Positions 41,217 to 58,042 of a stretch of 64,000 nucleotides of DNA are shown piece after piece. Position 1 is the first letter of the stretch. Each line of letters begins with the position of its first letter. The stretch spans positions 32,116,001 to 32,180,000 of the forward strand of contig OZ231126.1 in assembly GCA_965153355.1 (NCBI GenBank). Direction: 5' to 3'. The notes under the pieces are model-generated. The model was not told the origin of the DNA. It was given only the letters and a program-made list of their open reading frames with translations, and made no database searches. This DNA is from Flaccisagitta enflata. Taxonomy: Eukaryota. Both the position numbers and the translations under genes were made by a program.

Positions 41217-41704
41217 CACCGTATGAAATGATCGCCAAGCCCCGCCCCAGATAAGCCCACAAAAAGAACTGTAAGCCCCATTAAGCCCGTCTTATCTAGC
41301 AATGATATGTATCAAATGATTGTTTCAGACACTTTTGCTGAGGTCATGCGTTGCTTTGAGTATCAGATTCTTGATACTTTTGGTCTGGATATGACAAAAA
41401 AATAGTTAAGCCCCTTATCTTTAAAATCAAGCCCGGGGCTTGATGCAAGCCCCATTTTTTAAAAGTATGGCAAATTTTTAAGCTGCCAAAGTTTCCGATT
41501 GGAAATGGTGACAATGCGTCAAAGAGTAAATGAGTCTATGCTAAGGTGGGAGGAAGATGAAGAGGAGAGCGAAGCGAATTAAGATTGCTGATGCAAAGAT
41601 CAACCTATTTAAACAGATCTTTCTTTCATAATATAAGAAACTAAGTTCAATTGTTTAATGCAGAAATGGTGTAACAAACACGCACACAGTCTAACACACA
41701 CATT

Positions 41705-41794
<90 letters not shown>

Positions 41795-42189
41795 AAACAA
41801 CCATGTTCAAGAACTGTAGGAGCCACTCACTCTACTCTCTCCAACACTAATAGCAACGTCTGCATTGACAGTGATTCAGTTTTCTAATTGGAAACTTTTA
41901 CAACCTGTAAATTCCTCATACACTAAAATGAGCCTCTTAGAAGGAAAACTGGGGCTTGCCTAATTTTTGGGGGGCTTAGCAATTTTTTTCTGCGGGCTTG
42001 CTATTTTATCTTTGCAACTAGGTCATTATAACCAAAGGTCTGACTCTATAAGTAACAACGGACCCTATAGGAATTCTTTGAAACAGTTTTCAAATGGTCA
42101 TGGTAGCTCAATGAGGCGGGCTTGATGGGGCTGAAGCAATAAAATTTGGGGCTGAGCTTGGCGATAACTACATTACAATTCATACAGTG
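41217..42189. mobile_element. CAC-terminated MITE with 5-bp TSD (Transib-like)
   Basis: CGTTG|CACCGTATGAA...TTCATACAGTG|CGTTG; subterminal aagccc/gggctt repeats on both sides; interrupts the 13-bp array. Confidence 0.75.
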
Positions 42190-42959
42190 CGTTGTCAAAC
42201 GGTGTTGTCAAACGGCTGTTTGGTCGGTTTGGTCGGTTAGCATGCTAAAATCTTTACAATTCAAATACATATGTTGAGTTCTTCCATTTAGGGACTACAT
42301 ACCAAATTTTAACCAAAGCGGTAGAAAAATGCCAAAGTTATGCACATTTTTCACTTTTAGGCTGGTAGGCCACAGTGAAATTCGGACCTCCATTTTAGTA
42401 ACACCGGTAACGCCGTGTTACCCTTCTTTATTTCATTGTTTTCAACTACCGGTAACGCAGAGTGCCACATGCGGGTAACGCGGAGTAACACTCGCCAGTA
42501 ATGCAGAGTAACACGGTTGAAATTTGTGAAAATGCGCATGGTCATCGGTGTAGGACAAGGGACATCCAGACCGTCCATGGACGGCCCTATCTGTTGGGCT
42601 GGAAAGTCTGTCGGGCTGAGAATCCAGTAAAGAATAAATAAGAAGATAGGGAAAAAGAGAAAAAATAGCAGAAAAAGAAGAAAAGCAAAGGAAAAAATGA
42701 AAGAATGGAATAGGAAAGGTTGTTTGTGTTTTGTAAGGGCAGGCTTGAACATAAAAAAGTTTAGTAAATGGAATAAAAGCATAAAAATGGTGCAAAACAT
42801 GGGTTGAAGATGCTGTTGGGCTTGAAAATGGCTTGGATGTCCCTCGGCTTCCTGCTCCCCTACACCGATGCGCATGGTGGTAACACAAAAGGTAATTTCA
42901 CGATGTAGCTCTTATTTATGATGGTGACGCTGGCTAGTAATGGAGTATGGAAAAACAAT

Positions 42960-43014
<55 letters not shown>

Positions 43015-43460
43015 AATTGTAGTGGCGTCATTCATGTCGGGAAGAGGAAGAGTACTTTCAACATTCATCAGCATTTTCAGTTGCTTGCTAAGAAGATCTG
43101 AAACTTGAACTGAAATTGTTTGAATGAGCGATTTTGAACAACATGCCCAGCCCCGCCACAACTCAGTCGCCGGCCTTGACAACAACAACAACAACAACAA
43201 CGACGACGACGATGACGATGACGACGACATAAATGACAGCAAATTTGATGACTGTGCGGTAGGGGCAAGAATATGAAATGAAATTCATTCATTTAGGCTG
43301 TTCGTTCATTCTTTTTTTTTTCATTCTTTCATTCGTTTGTTCGTTCATTTTTTTGTTCCTTATTTCTTTTTTAGTGTTTCCAGTGACATAATAGCAAAGA
43401 AGCCAATAAGCTCGGGCTTGTTTGTCGGCCATTTTATATCCTTTGAAAGGATGGATGGTT

Positions 43461-47356
<3,896 letters not shown>

Positions 47357-47421
47357 TTGGATGGATTTGTTTTGCTATCGGTAATTTACAAGGCGGCTAA
47401 TCGCCGTAGGAAAAAAGTCGT

Positions 47422-47457
<36 letters not shown>

Positions 47458-48193
47458 AAGAAAAAAAGAAAGAAAGGGGGAGAGAGAGAAAGAGAGAGAG
47501 AGAGAAACACGCAAACACAGAGACAGACAGACAGACAGACAGACAGGCAGAAAGATAGACAGAGACAGACAGACAGAAAAAGACAGACAGTCAGAGAGAG
47601 TAAGACATTCATTTTGTTGCCAGCATGCACAATTATCACCTGGGACACTTCAAAGTTCAAAAATACTTCATCTAACTCAATACCTTATTTATTAGAAAAA
47701 TGTAAAAAATGAAAGAAAAAAAATGATTGAAAATATCTTAACATGAAAAGTATTGATCGGACAGAATTGTGAAAGAAAAAAATTGGATCTATTTTAGCTG
47801 TTAATTTCATGCGTTGTTTCATTCTGCTCTCAAAATGCAGCAACTTTCTCAAAAGCCTCACCAAAAAAATAAAAAACTGCATTTCTCTGCAGGTCTCAAA
47901 AAGCCGAAGGTATTCTTAAACTTTTTTTCCAAATGAATATAACTGTTCCACGAGCAAAGTGAGTGAGCCCGTGAATGGAGCGAGGGTAGCGAAGCGAGCA
48001 TAGCGAAGCAGAGTGCTGCGTAGCGAGTGAACGGAGTGAGTGGTGCGAGCAAACAAACGTAGCGAGCGACCGAGGGGCCCTTTCAAAACGCGATCGTCTT
48101 TGACTAGAAACGCCCCCTTAGTGTGTGTTTGTGTGTGTTTCTCTCCATCTGTCTGTTTGTTGGTCTGCTCTTCTGCCTGTCTGTAATCACTGC

Positions 48194-48290
<97 letters not shown>

Positions 48291-48432
48291 CAATTGAGGA
48301 CGGGTGGGCGGCGGGAGAGGCGGAAATGCGCGTTTTCAAATTTTTCGACTCACGGATGGACGGATCAACGGACCGACGGACGGATGGACAAAGGCTCTAA
48401 TAGAGTTGTGTGTCCGCAACTACAATAAGGCA

Positions 48433-48947
48433 GGGTATGGGAATTTTGTTTTGCTGGGTCTGATCTGGGTCACAGTGAAGGCGGTTTGAGCCTTTTGGGG
48501 TGGTCGCTGGGTGGTTAGAGGCTGGGTATGGGAACTTTCTTTAGCTGGGTCTGATCTGGGTCACAGTGAAGGCAGTTTGAGCCTTTTTGGATGGTCGCTG
48601 GGTGGTTAGAGGCTGGGTATGGGATTTTTCTTTAGCTGGGTCTGATCTGGGTCACAGTGAGGGCGGTTTGAGCCTTTTGGGGTGGTCGCTGGGTGGTTAG
48701 AGGCTGGGTATGGGAATTTTCTTTAGCTGGGTCTGATCTGGGTCACAGTGAAGGCGGTTTGAGCCTTTTGGGGTGGTCACTGGGTGGTTAGAGGCTGGAT
48801 ATGCGTATGGGAATTTTCTTTAGCTGGGTCTGATCTGGGTCACAGTGAAGGCGGTTTGAGCCTTATGGGGGGATTGCTGGATGGTTAGAGGCTGGGTATG
48901 GGAATTTTCTTTAGCTGGGTCTGATCTGGGTCACAGTGGCATCCCTA
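48433..48947 (+). repeat. 91-bp tandem repeat (about 5.5 copies) ending in a hAT-like terminus
   Basis: Unit gggtatgggaattttctttagctgggtctgatctgggtcacagtgaaggcggtttgagccttttggggtggtcgctgggtggttagaggct; ends tggcatcccta (reverse complement TAGGGATGCCA). Confidence 0.85.
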
Positions 48948-49849
48948 GTGGTTAAATTTTTTGTCAGGGGGTTAAGGTAATTTTTTTGCTGTTTTCTTCC
49001 TTCTCGGGTACCAATTAATCCTCCAAGTGGTTTCATGTGCCCAAAACAATTCACCAAGGTCATACTTGAGTGTATGTATCGAAATCTTTTTAAAAAATCG
49101 CAATTTTTTCTTTATTTCAGTCCAAAATAATGTTAGATTATTGCTAAAAATTGTGTAACAAATATGTAACACATAGAAATGACTAATTTTCTAGCCTATC
49201 TAACTTCCAACAGATCAAAGAAGGCTTCTTACTGTCTCTGTTGGGTTATGAGAGAAAAATGAAAAAAAAATTATGGCGATATCTTCATTTTTACTTGAGA
49301 TATTCTTCTCTAAAGTTATAGTATCAACTACGGCATACAGGCCTTAACAGCATCAGCTTGATGCAGCAACTTTTTTTTTTCTTCTGGGGTTCATTCTAGC
49401 ATTTAAAGCAGTTTTTCAGTCGCGCTCCCTAGACCTATGCCTAAGTGAGCAAGGACAACCGTTGATTTTGTCAGAACCTTAGCAAAACTCATTTTTTTCT
49501 CTCGCTTCAAGAACGACCCTATTTCCGATTTTTTTAAGACGCTTGTTCCATTTTGTCACATGAGTTCATATCGTGTCGTATTCCATGGTTTGGCATTCAA
49601 CATTGATTTTTGACTTTCATATACCTCCATTAGCAAGTTTTCTACACTGCAAAAAGAGAAAACGGAATCGTTGAATCATATAGTATCAAGCGGGCCACGT
49701 AGAACAATGACCCTATTTCCGAGATTTTAAGACAATCAGCTGAAAATAAGCGAAACGTACTTGAGCTATATTTCGATTGTTCTGACGCATGGAAATGTAA
49801 GTTAACGATGGGGAAATACAAGGTGATGCTTTCAATTAATAATTCTATC

Positions 49850-49919
<70 letters not shown>

Positions 49920-50053
49920 TGTCGCGATGGCAACGCGATGCGTATCCACCTATCATTGGTTGTGTACAATTACGAGTACACAACAATTACAACTCAATTT
50001 TCTAGCCCCCTTGCACAGTAAAGCAAATTTCGGTCAATCGAAAGAAAGAATGA

Positions 50054-50137
<84 letters not shown>

Positions 50138-51623
50138 AAATGAAGGTATGAAGCAATGAGTGAAGACTTCGAAAATCGGATGGTTTGCGTGGTTTTGAAC
50201 CTCTGCATAACCAAGTGACCAAACGAACGGACAAACAAACAAACAAACAAACAAAACAATCGAGAGGGAAAGACTAAGCAAAGGAAGAAAAAGAAAGGAA
50301 AAAAAAGAGCAAGAATGAAAGAAGGATTGAAGTAATGATGAAAGACGGAATAAAAGAAAGAAAAGAAAAAGAAACAAAGAAAGAAAGAAAAAAGAAGCAA
50401 AGAAGTAAAGGAAAAAAGAAAGGAAAAAAGGAAAAAAAGGGAAAAAAATGCAAAGAAAGGGAAAAAAAGGAAAACAGAAAAAAGAGGAGAAAAAAAGGAA
50501 AAAAAAGAGGAAAAAAAGAAAAGAGGAAAAGAAAAAAAGAAAAAAAGGAAAAAAGGAAAAAAGGAAAAAAAAGGAAAAAAGGAAAAGGAAAAGGAAAAAA
50601 AAAGAAAAGAGAAAAAAGAAAAAAAAGAAAAAAAAAGGGAAAAAAAGAAAAGAAAGAAAAGAAAGAAGAAAAGAAAAGAGAGAAAAAAAGAAAGAAAGAA
50701 AGAAAGAATAGTCGCAAAAGTGTTAGATGGTCAGCGGTACCCGTGCCCTGCCTAAGTAGGTTGTGGTTGAAGTTGAGGGGGGAGCTGGGCAGCGGCCCCA
50801 AAGGGGTCGATGACCTATGCTTTCACACATATGGGGGATTTTCTCCTCCTCCTTCTTCTTCTTCTTCTCCTACGTCCCTCCCCCCTCAAATCCCAGTCTT
50901 GAGGCCCAAATCCCAGTCTTGAGGCCCAAATCCCAGTCTTGAGGCCCAAATCCAAGCCTCGAGGCCCAAATCCTAGCCTCGAGGCCCAAATCCCAGCTTC
51001 GAGGCCCAAATCCTAGCCTCAAGGCCCAAATCCTAGCCTGGAGGCTGAGATTTGGGCCTCAAAGCTAGGATATGGGCCTCTTAACTGAAATCTGGGCCTC
51101 CAGGCTAGGATTTGGGCCTTGAGGCTAGGATTTGGGCTGGGATTTGGGCCGAGGCTGGGTTTTTGGCCTCAAGACTGGGATTTGAGGGGGACGGATGGGA
51201 AGAAGAGGAGGAGAAAACTTATATGTGTGAAAGATAGGTCTTCCCTTGATTTAGCTGCTTAAAGGAAGAAAAAAAAACTGGATGTTTTGCGCAAGGAAAA
51301 AAGAAAAAAAGAAATAAAGAAATAAAGAAATAAAGAAATAAAGAAATAAAGAAAAAAAGAAAAAAAGAAAAAAAGAAAAAAAGAAAAAAAGAAAAAAAGA
51401 AAAAAAGAAAAAAGAATAGAAAGTTTTGCACGGTTTTTCACCTTCGTATTACCAAGCAATCAAACAACTGATAAACCTAGTGATGAGCGTGGACGCTCAT
51501 GAGTTGGACCACAATACTTTAAAAGAAAGGGCCGTTTCTGTCGTTCAGACGTTTCTGTCTCTCTCACTGTCTCTCTCTCTCTGTCTCTCTCTCTGTCTCT
51601 CTCACTGTCTCTCTCTCTCTCTG

Positions 51624-51779
<156 letters not shown>

Positions 51780-51789
51780 TGTCTCTCTC

Positions 51790-51870
<81 letters not shown>

Positions 51871-51981
51871 GTCACTCTCTCTGTCTCTGTCACTCTCTCT
51901 GTCTCTGTCACTCTCTCTGTCTCTGTCACACTCTCTCTCTGTCTCACACTCTCTCTCTGTCTCTGTCTCACACACTCTCTC

Positions 51982-52062
<81 letters not shown>

Positions 52063-52080
52063 CGCTCGCTCGCTCGCTCG

Positions 52081-52125
<45 letters not shown>

Positions 52126-52552
52126 TCATGCCTTAACCAGTCACTCTTACTCAAAAATCTTGTTTAATGTTTATAGTTAATGCCCACTTTGACTATCATC
52201 TATTCTTCTCCCTTTTCTTATCTTTCACTTATTTTATTTTTTGTCATCTTCCCTGTTATTAAGTTTTATGATTCAATTTAATTCTTAATATGATTTTGAC
52301 TGAAAATTTTTTTTTTTCATAATTTTCAAAAAAACTTTCTCAAAACTCATTCACGCCATCACTGCATCGTCGTCGTCGTCGTTGTCGGAATGTTAAAAAG
52401 TGGGATAACTTTGGAAGTACAAGAGTAAGGACCATGAAATTTTGCATGTAGGCTCTCTCGGACAAATGCTATTACCGTTTGGCTTTTTATGAGGATTAGA
52501 GCCGTTTCAATTGGACCAATACCGGCCAATATTGGCATTCAAAGTTGAAAGA

Positions 52553-53856
52553 AACAAGGCCGAATACACGGCAATTCAGTTGCGGACGGTTGGGCAGGAG
52601 CAGTAATGCAAAAACCACTCGGAATTCAAAATGGTTATGGAGGGACGGACCGACCGACCGACGCGGCACGGTGGGGTCGCGTGTCTACGACTCGAAACAA
52701 TGATTTAAGCACCTACTTTTAGCCGCGTGCTATGCAACTCTACACCCCGCTTTGTCGGTCTGTCCCTCCGTCCATTGGTCTGTCCGTCACACTATTTTTT
52801 TGGGTTTGTGCGGTTTTGACTTTACTGCTCCTGAACAAATGAACTGGTGACCTCAACTACAGTCCCTGCCCACCCTTACGCGACTGGGGTAGCTGTGTAT
52901 TCGGCCTATATTTTAGTCGCACGCGACACGCGACTCTACACCTCGCCGTGTGGGTCGGTCCATCCATCGGTAACAGTTTTGAAATGCGAGTGCCCCTGCG
53001 CAACTGTCCGCGACTGTCCTGCCATGTATCCGGCCTTGTTTTAAAGAAGGTCTGTATGCTAAAGTCTTGAGGTTCTTATTAAGTTGCGGACAGGTGGGCA
53101 GGGGCGGAAATGCGCGTTTTCATACTTTTTGACTCGTCGGTTGGTCGGTCACGCTCGAGTTGAAAATCTCGAAAAGAATCAAAAATCACTGGAAATGATT
53201 CAGAAATATGCTAGGATAATTCCCAGATGCGCCAAAGCACCTCTTTAACAGGCTCTGTCCGCCCATCCGTCAGTCACGCTCGAATGAAAAATCGCTGAAA
53301 ATGTTTGAAATCAATTTCGTTCATCATTTATGATACTCATTTCATTCACTAAAAAAAATCTGCTACAGTTGGGTCAAATCGAGCTGGCGATAGGTCGGAA
53401 AGGTCTGGTGATAGGTTGGATAGGTGTGGGGATAGGTCTGATAGAGCTCGAGATTGGTCTGATAGAGCTCGGGATAGCTCGGATAGAGCCCGGAATAGGT
53501 CTGATAGAGCTAGGTATAGGTCTGATAGAGCTAGGGATAGGTCTGATGGAGCTAGGGATAGGTCTAAGAATTTTTAACGCCCGCTGCACCGTCTTGGCCC
53601 GTGTATCCGGCCTTGTTTCTTAAATCTCCTAATTTTGCACTGGTGACTCTGTGAGCTCTGTGACCAACCAACCGACCGACCGACCAACCGTCCGACCGAC
53701 CGACAAAGCTGGGAGGAGTTGCGTAGCACGCACCTAACAAGCCCAGGCGGGCAACTCGATGTGTCATCTGCGTGATATAAGAAGAGACAGACGGATGAAC
53801 AGACGGACAGACGGACGGACAGACCCTCTTATAAAGATTCGATGACGCATCTAAAA
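52553..53856. mobile_element. Cluster of adjacent HINE-like elements, including one with a 21-bp central array
   Basis: Successive aacaaggcc.../...ggccttgtt ends and GTCC/GACC repeats. Array gggataggtctgatagagcta at about 53385-53565; an inverted copy of the same element lies at about 60535-60941. Confidence 0.7.
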
Positions 53857-53931
53857 ACAAATTTGTGGAACAACTAAAACAAAAGGCTCTTTGAGCAAAA
53901 TACGAAGCAAGTCCGCTTCATGCCGCCAATA

Positions 53932-54297
53932 CACTCTTTATTTTGAGTAAGGACAAAGTTTATAAGGACATTGAGGCTGAGATTTAGCAAAAAATTAAGG
54001 ACATTTTAAGGACAAGGCTCAGCCTCAGATAAGACCTCAGCAAAAATCTTTTCTCAAGTGAGATTCTCAAATTCGGCCTCGGCAAAAATTTTCTCTCAAG
54101 CGAAGGGTCAAGCTGTTCTTTTGTTTTGGTTGCAGGACTTTAGTTAGGTATAGTTACATTTGACAATAGTTAGATACTTGCCTTGCGAAGAAAAAATTAA
54201 GGACATTTTAAAAACATTTCAGCCTCAAATTTTTGATAATTTAAGGACATCCGAGGCTCAAAAAAAATTTTCTGGTCCTTAAAAAAAATAAAGAGTG
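53932..54297. mobile_element. TA-flanked MITE related to 25818-26248
   Basis: TA|CACTCTTTATTTTGAGTAAGGAC...GTCCTTAAAAAAAATAAAGAGTG|TA. Confidence 0.8.
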
Positions 54298-55373
54298 TAA
54301 CTTCTGTTGATTTTCCTAATTTGCATGATTAAGTAAGATCTGTTATTTGCCAGCGAGCTACGCTTCGTTAAGCGCCAATTTTCCCAGAAATGATGTCGGG
54401 TGATTATTCGGAAAGGTTAAGAACAGTTTCGGACGGATTCGAAAGATGATAATTTTTCCAGTTGCTTGACCGCCTGTCTACGGATCTTACCTAGTGTACA
54501 AAAAATCTTCTGTCAGTAAATCTATTTCATTCAAAAAATCATAACTCGTTTTTTGATGGAATTAGAAAAAATTGGTGACCAAAATGTAGTGTTTTTTAAG
54601 GGGCATCTGATTCTTTTTGGCGCGACTAAATCGGTTTAGAAGTAATCACCACTTAAAGTTGGAAAAAAAAAGACAAAAAAATCAAAACATGACAAACTTC
54701 ATTTTTTACCTCCTAGTTTCGTCTTCAAAGCACTTTTTTCATTTTTTTTCTACATAGGACAGGTAGAACCGAATAATCCCACTTTTTATTCGACACCTTT
54801 TAGATAAACAAAAAGCATCAAAATAACCCTTTCTTCCCCAGTGAAAAGGTCCACCACATCCTCCAACATCCCATAGTACCCTGTAGTACCCTAAATGACC
54901 CTCAAGTATCCTAAAGTACCTTAAAGTACCCTAAAGTACCTTAAAGTATCTTTATAATGAAGATTTAGGCTTTATTTCAAAAAAGTTACGGACCGACCAA
55001 CCAACCGACCGCCATAGCGGCTTCTACTGTAGAGTCGCGTTCACGCTACTAAAAAAAATCAAATTTTGGCAGAGAAAAACCCTCAATTTTCACCTCTCGT
55101 GAATAGCAAATGTCACCAGATAGTTCATGATGTCATAGTCTGGTTCCGAGGGCTGTGCTGGATGCTTATCTAGCAGTCTGGTCAGGTTTATTTGATTTTT
55201 GCAGGCCTTATAGGTCCATCACAGGCCACAAACTGGTCAAATCCAGATAGAGAAAATGTCACGTTTTTGTGAGCAAATTTTTAAAAAATTCGTATTTCAC
55301 TCAGCTTTGATTTGTCTGACATGACTGCCTCCGTCTGTCTGTGTCTCTCACTCCTCTCTCTCTCTCTCTCTCT

Positions 55374-55475
<102 letters not shown>

Positions 55476-55706
55476 AGTCGCGGACAGCTGGGCGGAAGCA
55501 GTAATGCAAAAACCGCTTTAGTATTTCGGATGGACCGACGGACCAACCTACCAACAGACACAGCAAGGTGAAGTCGCGGGTCCGTGACTAAAAAAGTTTT
55601 AAGACGCTGAGGTTGTCTGCTGCTTTGAAGCCAACTCACGAAGCAGTTTTAGCCAGGTTTGCTCGGAAGGTACTGCATGTAAAGATTGAAATGAGATTTT
55701 TTATTC

Positions 55707-55743
<37 letters not shown>

Positions 55744-55751
55744 TATATATA

Positions 55752-56059
55752 CAGGGGTGTATATTCTTGAGTCGCTTTTGATTTTTTTCCCCCCCCTGCC
55801 TTTGATTTTCTTCCCCGCGACGCGTCGCGTCGCATTTTTATATCCATGATTTTCTTCCCCACATAGCAATAAAACTATGTAGTAAAGGTTTAAATAGTGT
55901 TAAATTATGTTCTACTAATTGAGTTTTATGATTTGGTACTGTAAAAAGTTATATTTTCCCCAAATTTCCTTTTTTTCTCTTTTTCCCCCTTAGATTTCCT
56001 TCCCCATCTCCAGACCCTTTGATTTTCCCCCCACTTTGAAGAGAATATACAGGCATCTG
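55752..56059. mobile_element. Small hAT-like MITE inserted in (TA)n
   Basis: CAGGGGTGTATATTC...GAATATACAGGCATCTG imperfect TIRs; internal ttgattttc..cccc repeats. Confidence 0.55.
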
Positions 56060-56180
<121 letters not shown>

Positions 56181-56231
56181 GAATAAAAAATCTCATTTCA
56201 ATCTTTACATGCAGTACCTTCCGAGCAAACC

Positions 56232-56295
<64 letters not shown>

Positions 56296-56715
56296 ATGTA
56301 AATATAATGTATATATATAACAGATCATTCATTTCGTGTTCTTTATATGAGAATAATGTAAAAAATGAGCGATTTTTAACAAAAATTTAATTTGCCTCAG
56401 TCCCGTTCACTTTCGCTCGCTAATATTGTTCGAAACTCGAAAGCAAAATTTGTTACGCCTTACTTCATGGTAACGCAAGATCCGCTGGGCATAACACGGC
56501 GGTAACACAAACATACTTTGAATCTGCGTTACTCCGTGTTACTCGGTATTACCACTCAATTCATTTATTTCGGTAACACTGGTAACACTGGTAACGCGGT
56601 GTTACCGGTGTTACGAAAAAGATTGATTTTAGTGGTCCGAGTTTCACTGTGTAGAGCTAGGGATAGGTCTGATAGAGCTAGGAATAGGTCTGATGGAGCT
56701 AGGGATAGGTCTAAG

Positions 56716-57180
56716 AATCTTTACAAATCAAATACATATGTTGAATCCTTCCATTTAGAGACAACATACCAAGTTTTAACCAAATTGGTTGAAAAATGTC
56801 AAAGTTATGCACGTTTTTCACTTTTAGGCTGGTAGGCTGGTTGGGTGCCGGTGGTAGGCCAGTTTGGTCAGTTAGCATGCTAAAATCTTTACAAATCAAA
56901 TACATATGTTGAGTCCTTCCATTTAGAGACTACATACCAAGTTTTAACCAAATCGGTTGAAAAATGCCAAAGTTATGCACGTTTTTCACTTTTAGGCTGG
57001 TAGGCTGGTTGGTTGGTAGGCCGGTTTGGCCGGTTAGCATGCTAAAATCTTTACAATTCAAATACATATGTTGAGTTCTTCCAATTAAGGACTACATACC
57101 AAATTCTAACTGAATCAGTTGAAAAATGCCAAAGTTATGTCGTTTTCACTTTTTCGGCTATTAGGCTGGTTGGGCCGGTT
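56716..57180 (+). repeat. Tandem repeat of about 165 bp, 3 copies (also one copy at about 42240-42370)
   Basis: aatctttacaa.tcaaatacatatgttga starts at 56716, 56884 and 57046. Confidence 0.9.
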
Positions 57181-57781
57181 GGGTGAGTCGGATCATAACA
57201 TACGCATAGGCTGCAAAGGCTTACCTAGCAACTTCCTCCAAATATGAAAGCAGAATCAGTCAGGCGTTCGGTTAGCCCATTCCAAAGTGTAGATGACGAC
57301 AACAACGGCGCCGCCGACGACGACGACACCCACCCACCACGAATTATAGTCCGCGTCGGAATGGTATTCCGTCGCGGACAAAAAAAAGATTTGCAGTGAT
57401 TAAAAACAAAAGCTTGGTGAAAAGTGACCAATGCTTACAACTTTTTTCCTCACGGCGACAGCCGCCATTACTGGTAATTTTAAGTTATACAAAAATTAAA
57501 TTTATTTCATAGAAAATATAGCTACATATTTTATGGTTAGGTCACTATTGAATTCAAAGTTGGCAAGACAACCTTTCACTAAACTGTCTCTGTAAAATCT
57601 TGGTTCCGGCACGTAACTTCTTATTGGCTGTGATCTGCATATATTTTCTTTGTCAGAGGAAAAAAATCTGCTGATATTGTTTTTTCTTTCATTTGCAACG
57701 TTGACTGTGATAAAATTTTTCTAAGTTCAAGCCGGGATTTGACATCTTCGATAAACTATCCATTCCATGTTTCCGACTTAC

Positions 57782-57956
57782 TCGTCCTCGTAGCTTCTGC
57801 AGCATGCTTCATTCCTCCCGCATCTGCGCCCGCATCCTCGTCGACGAAGTCCTTGAGGACGACTTTGCCGTCGCCGGTGATGTTGCCGACGACGTCGACG
57901 ACACACTTCTCTCTCTCAGCGATCTGCTTCAGAAAGCCGACGTCTTCTGGGTCACA
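57782..57956 (-). CDS. PFAS: Exon of phosphoribosylformylglycinamidine synthase (FGAM synthase, PurL)
   Basis: Acceptor (ct)n-ggtag|TGT, donor A|gtaagt, 175 nt. Translates CDPEDVGFLKQIAEREKCVVDVVGNITGDGKVVLKDFVDEDAGADAGGMKHAAEATRT. FL..I..RE(K/R)C....VG.ITGD..(I/V)VL.D is the segment after the EYQE motif in eukaryotic PFAS (recognised from memory). Flanking exons not found. Confidence 0.78.
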
Positions 57957-57958
57957 CT

Positions 57959-58042
<84 letters not shown>

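Noticed and set aside
49642..49986. Poly-Asp ORF
   Set aside because: A (GTC)n microsatellite; the flanking sequence lacks splice sites and a family signature.
53330..53623. GIGLIEL heptad / IRPIPSS repeat ORFs (also 60222-60848)
   Set aside because: A 21-bp tandem array inside a HINE-like element that is present in both orientations.
55095..55230. Minus-strand CGL*WTYKACKNQINLTRLLDKH, like a C2H2 zinc finger
   Set aside because: In-frame stop and missing ligands; could be chance or a TE relic.
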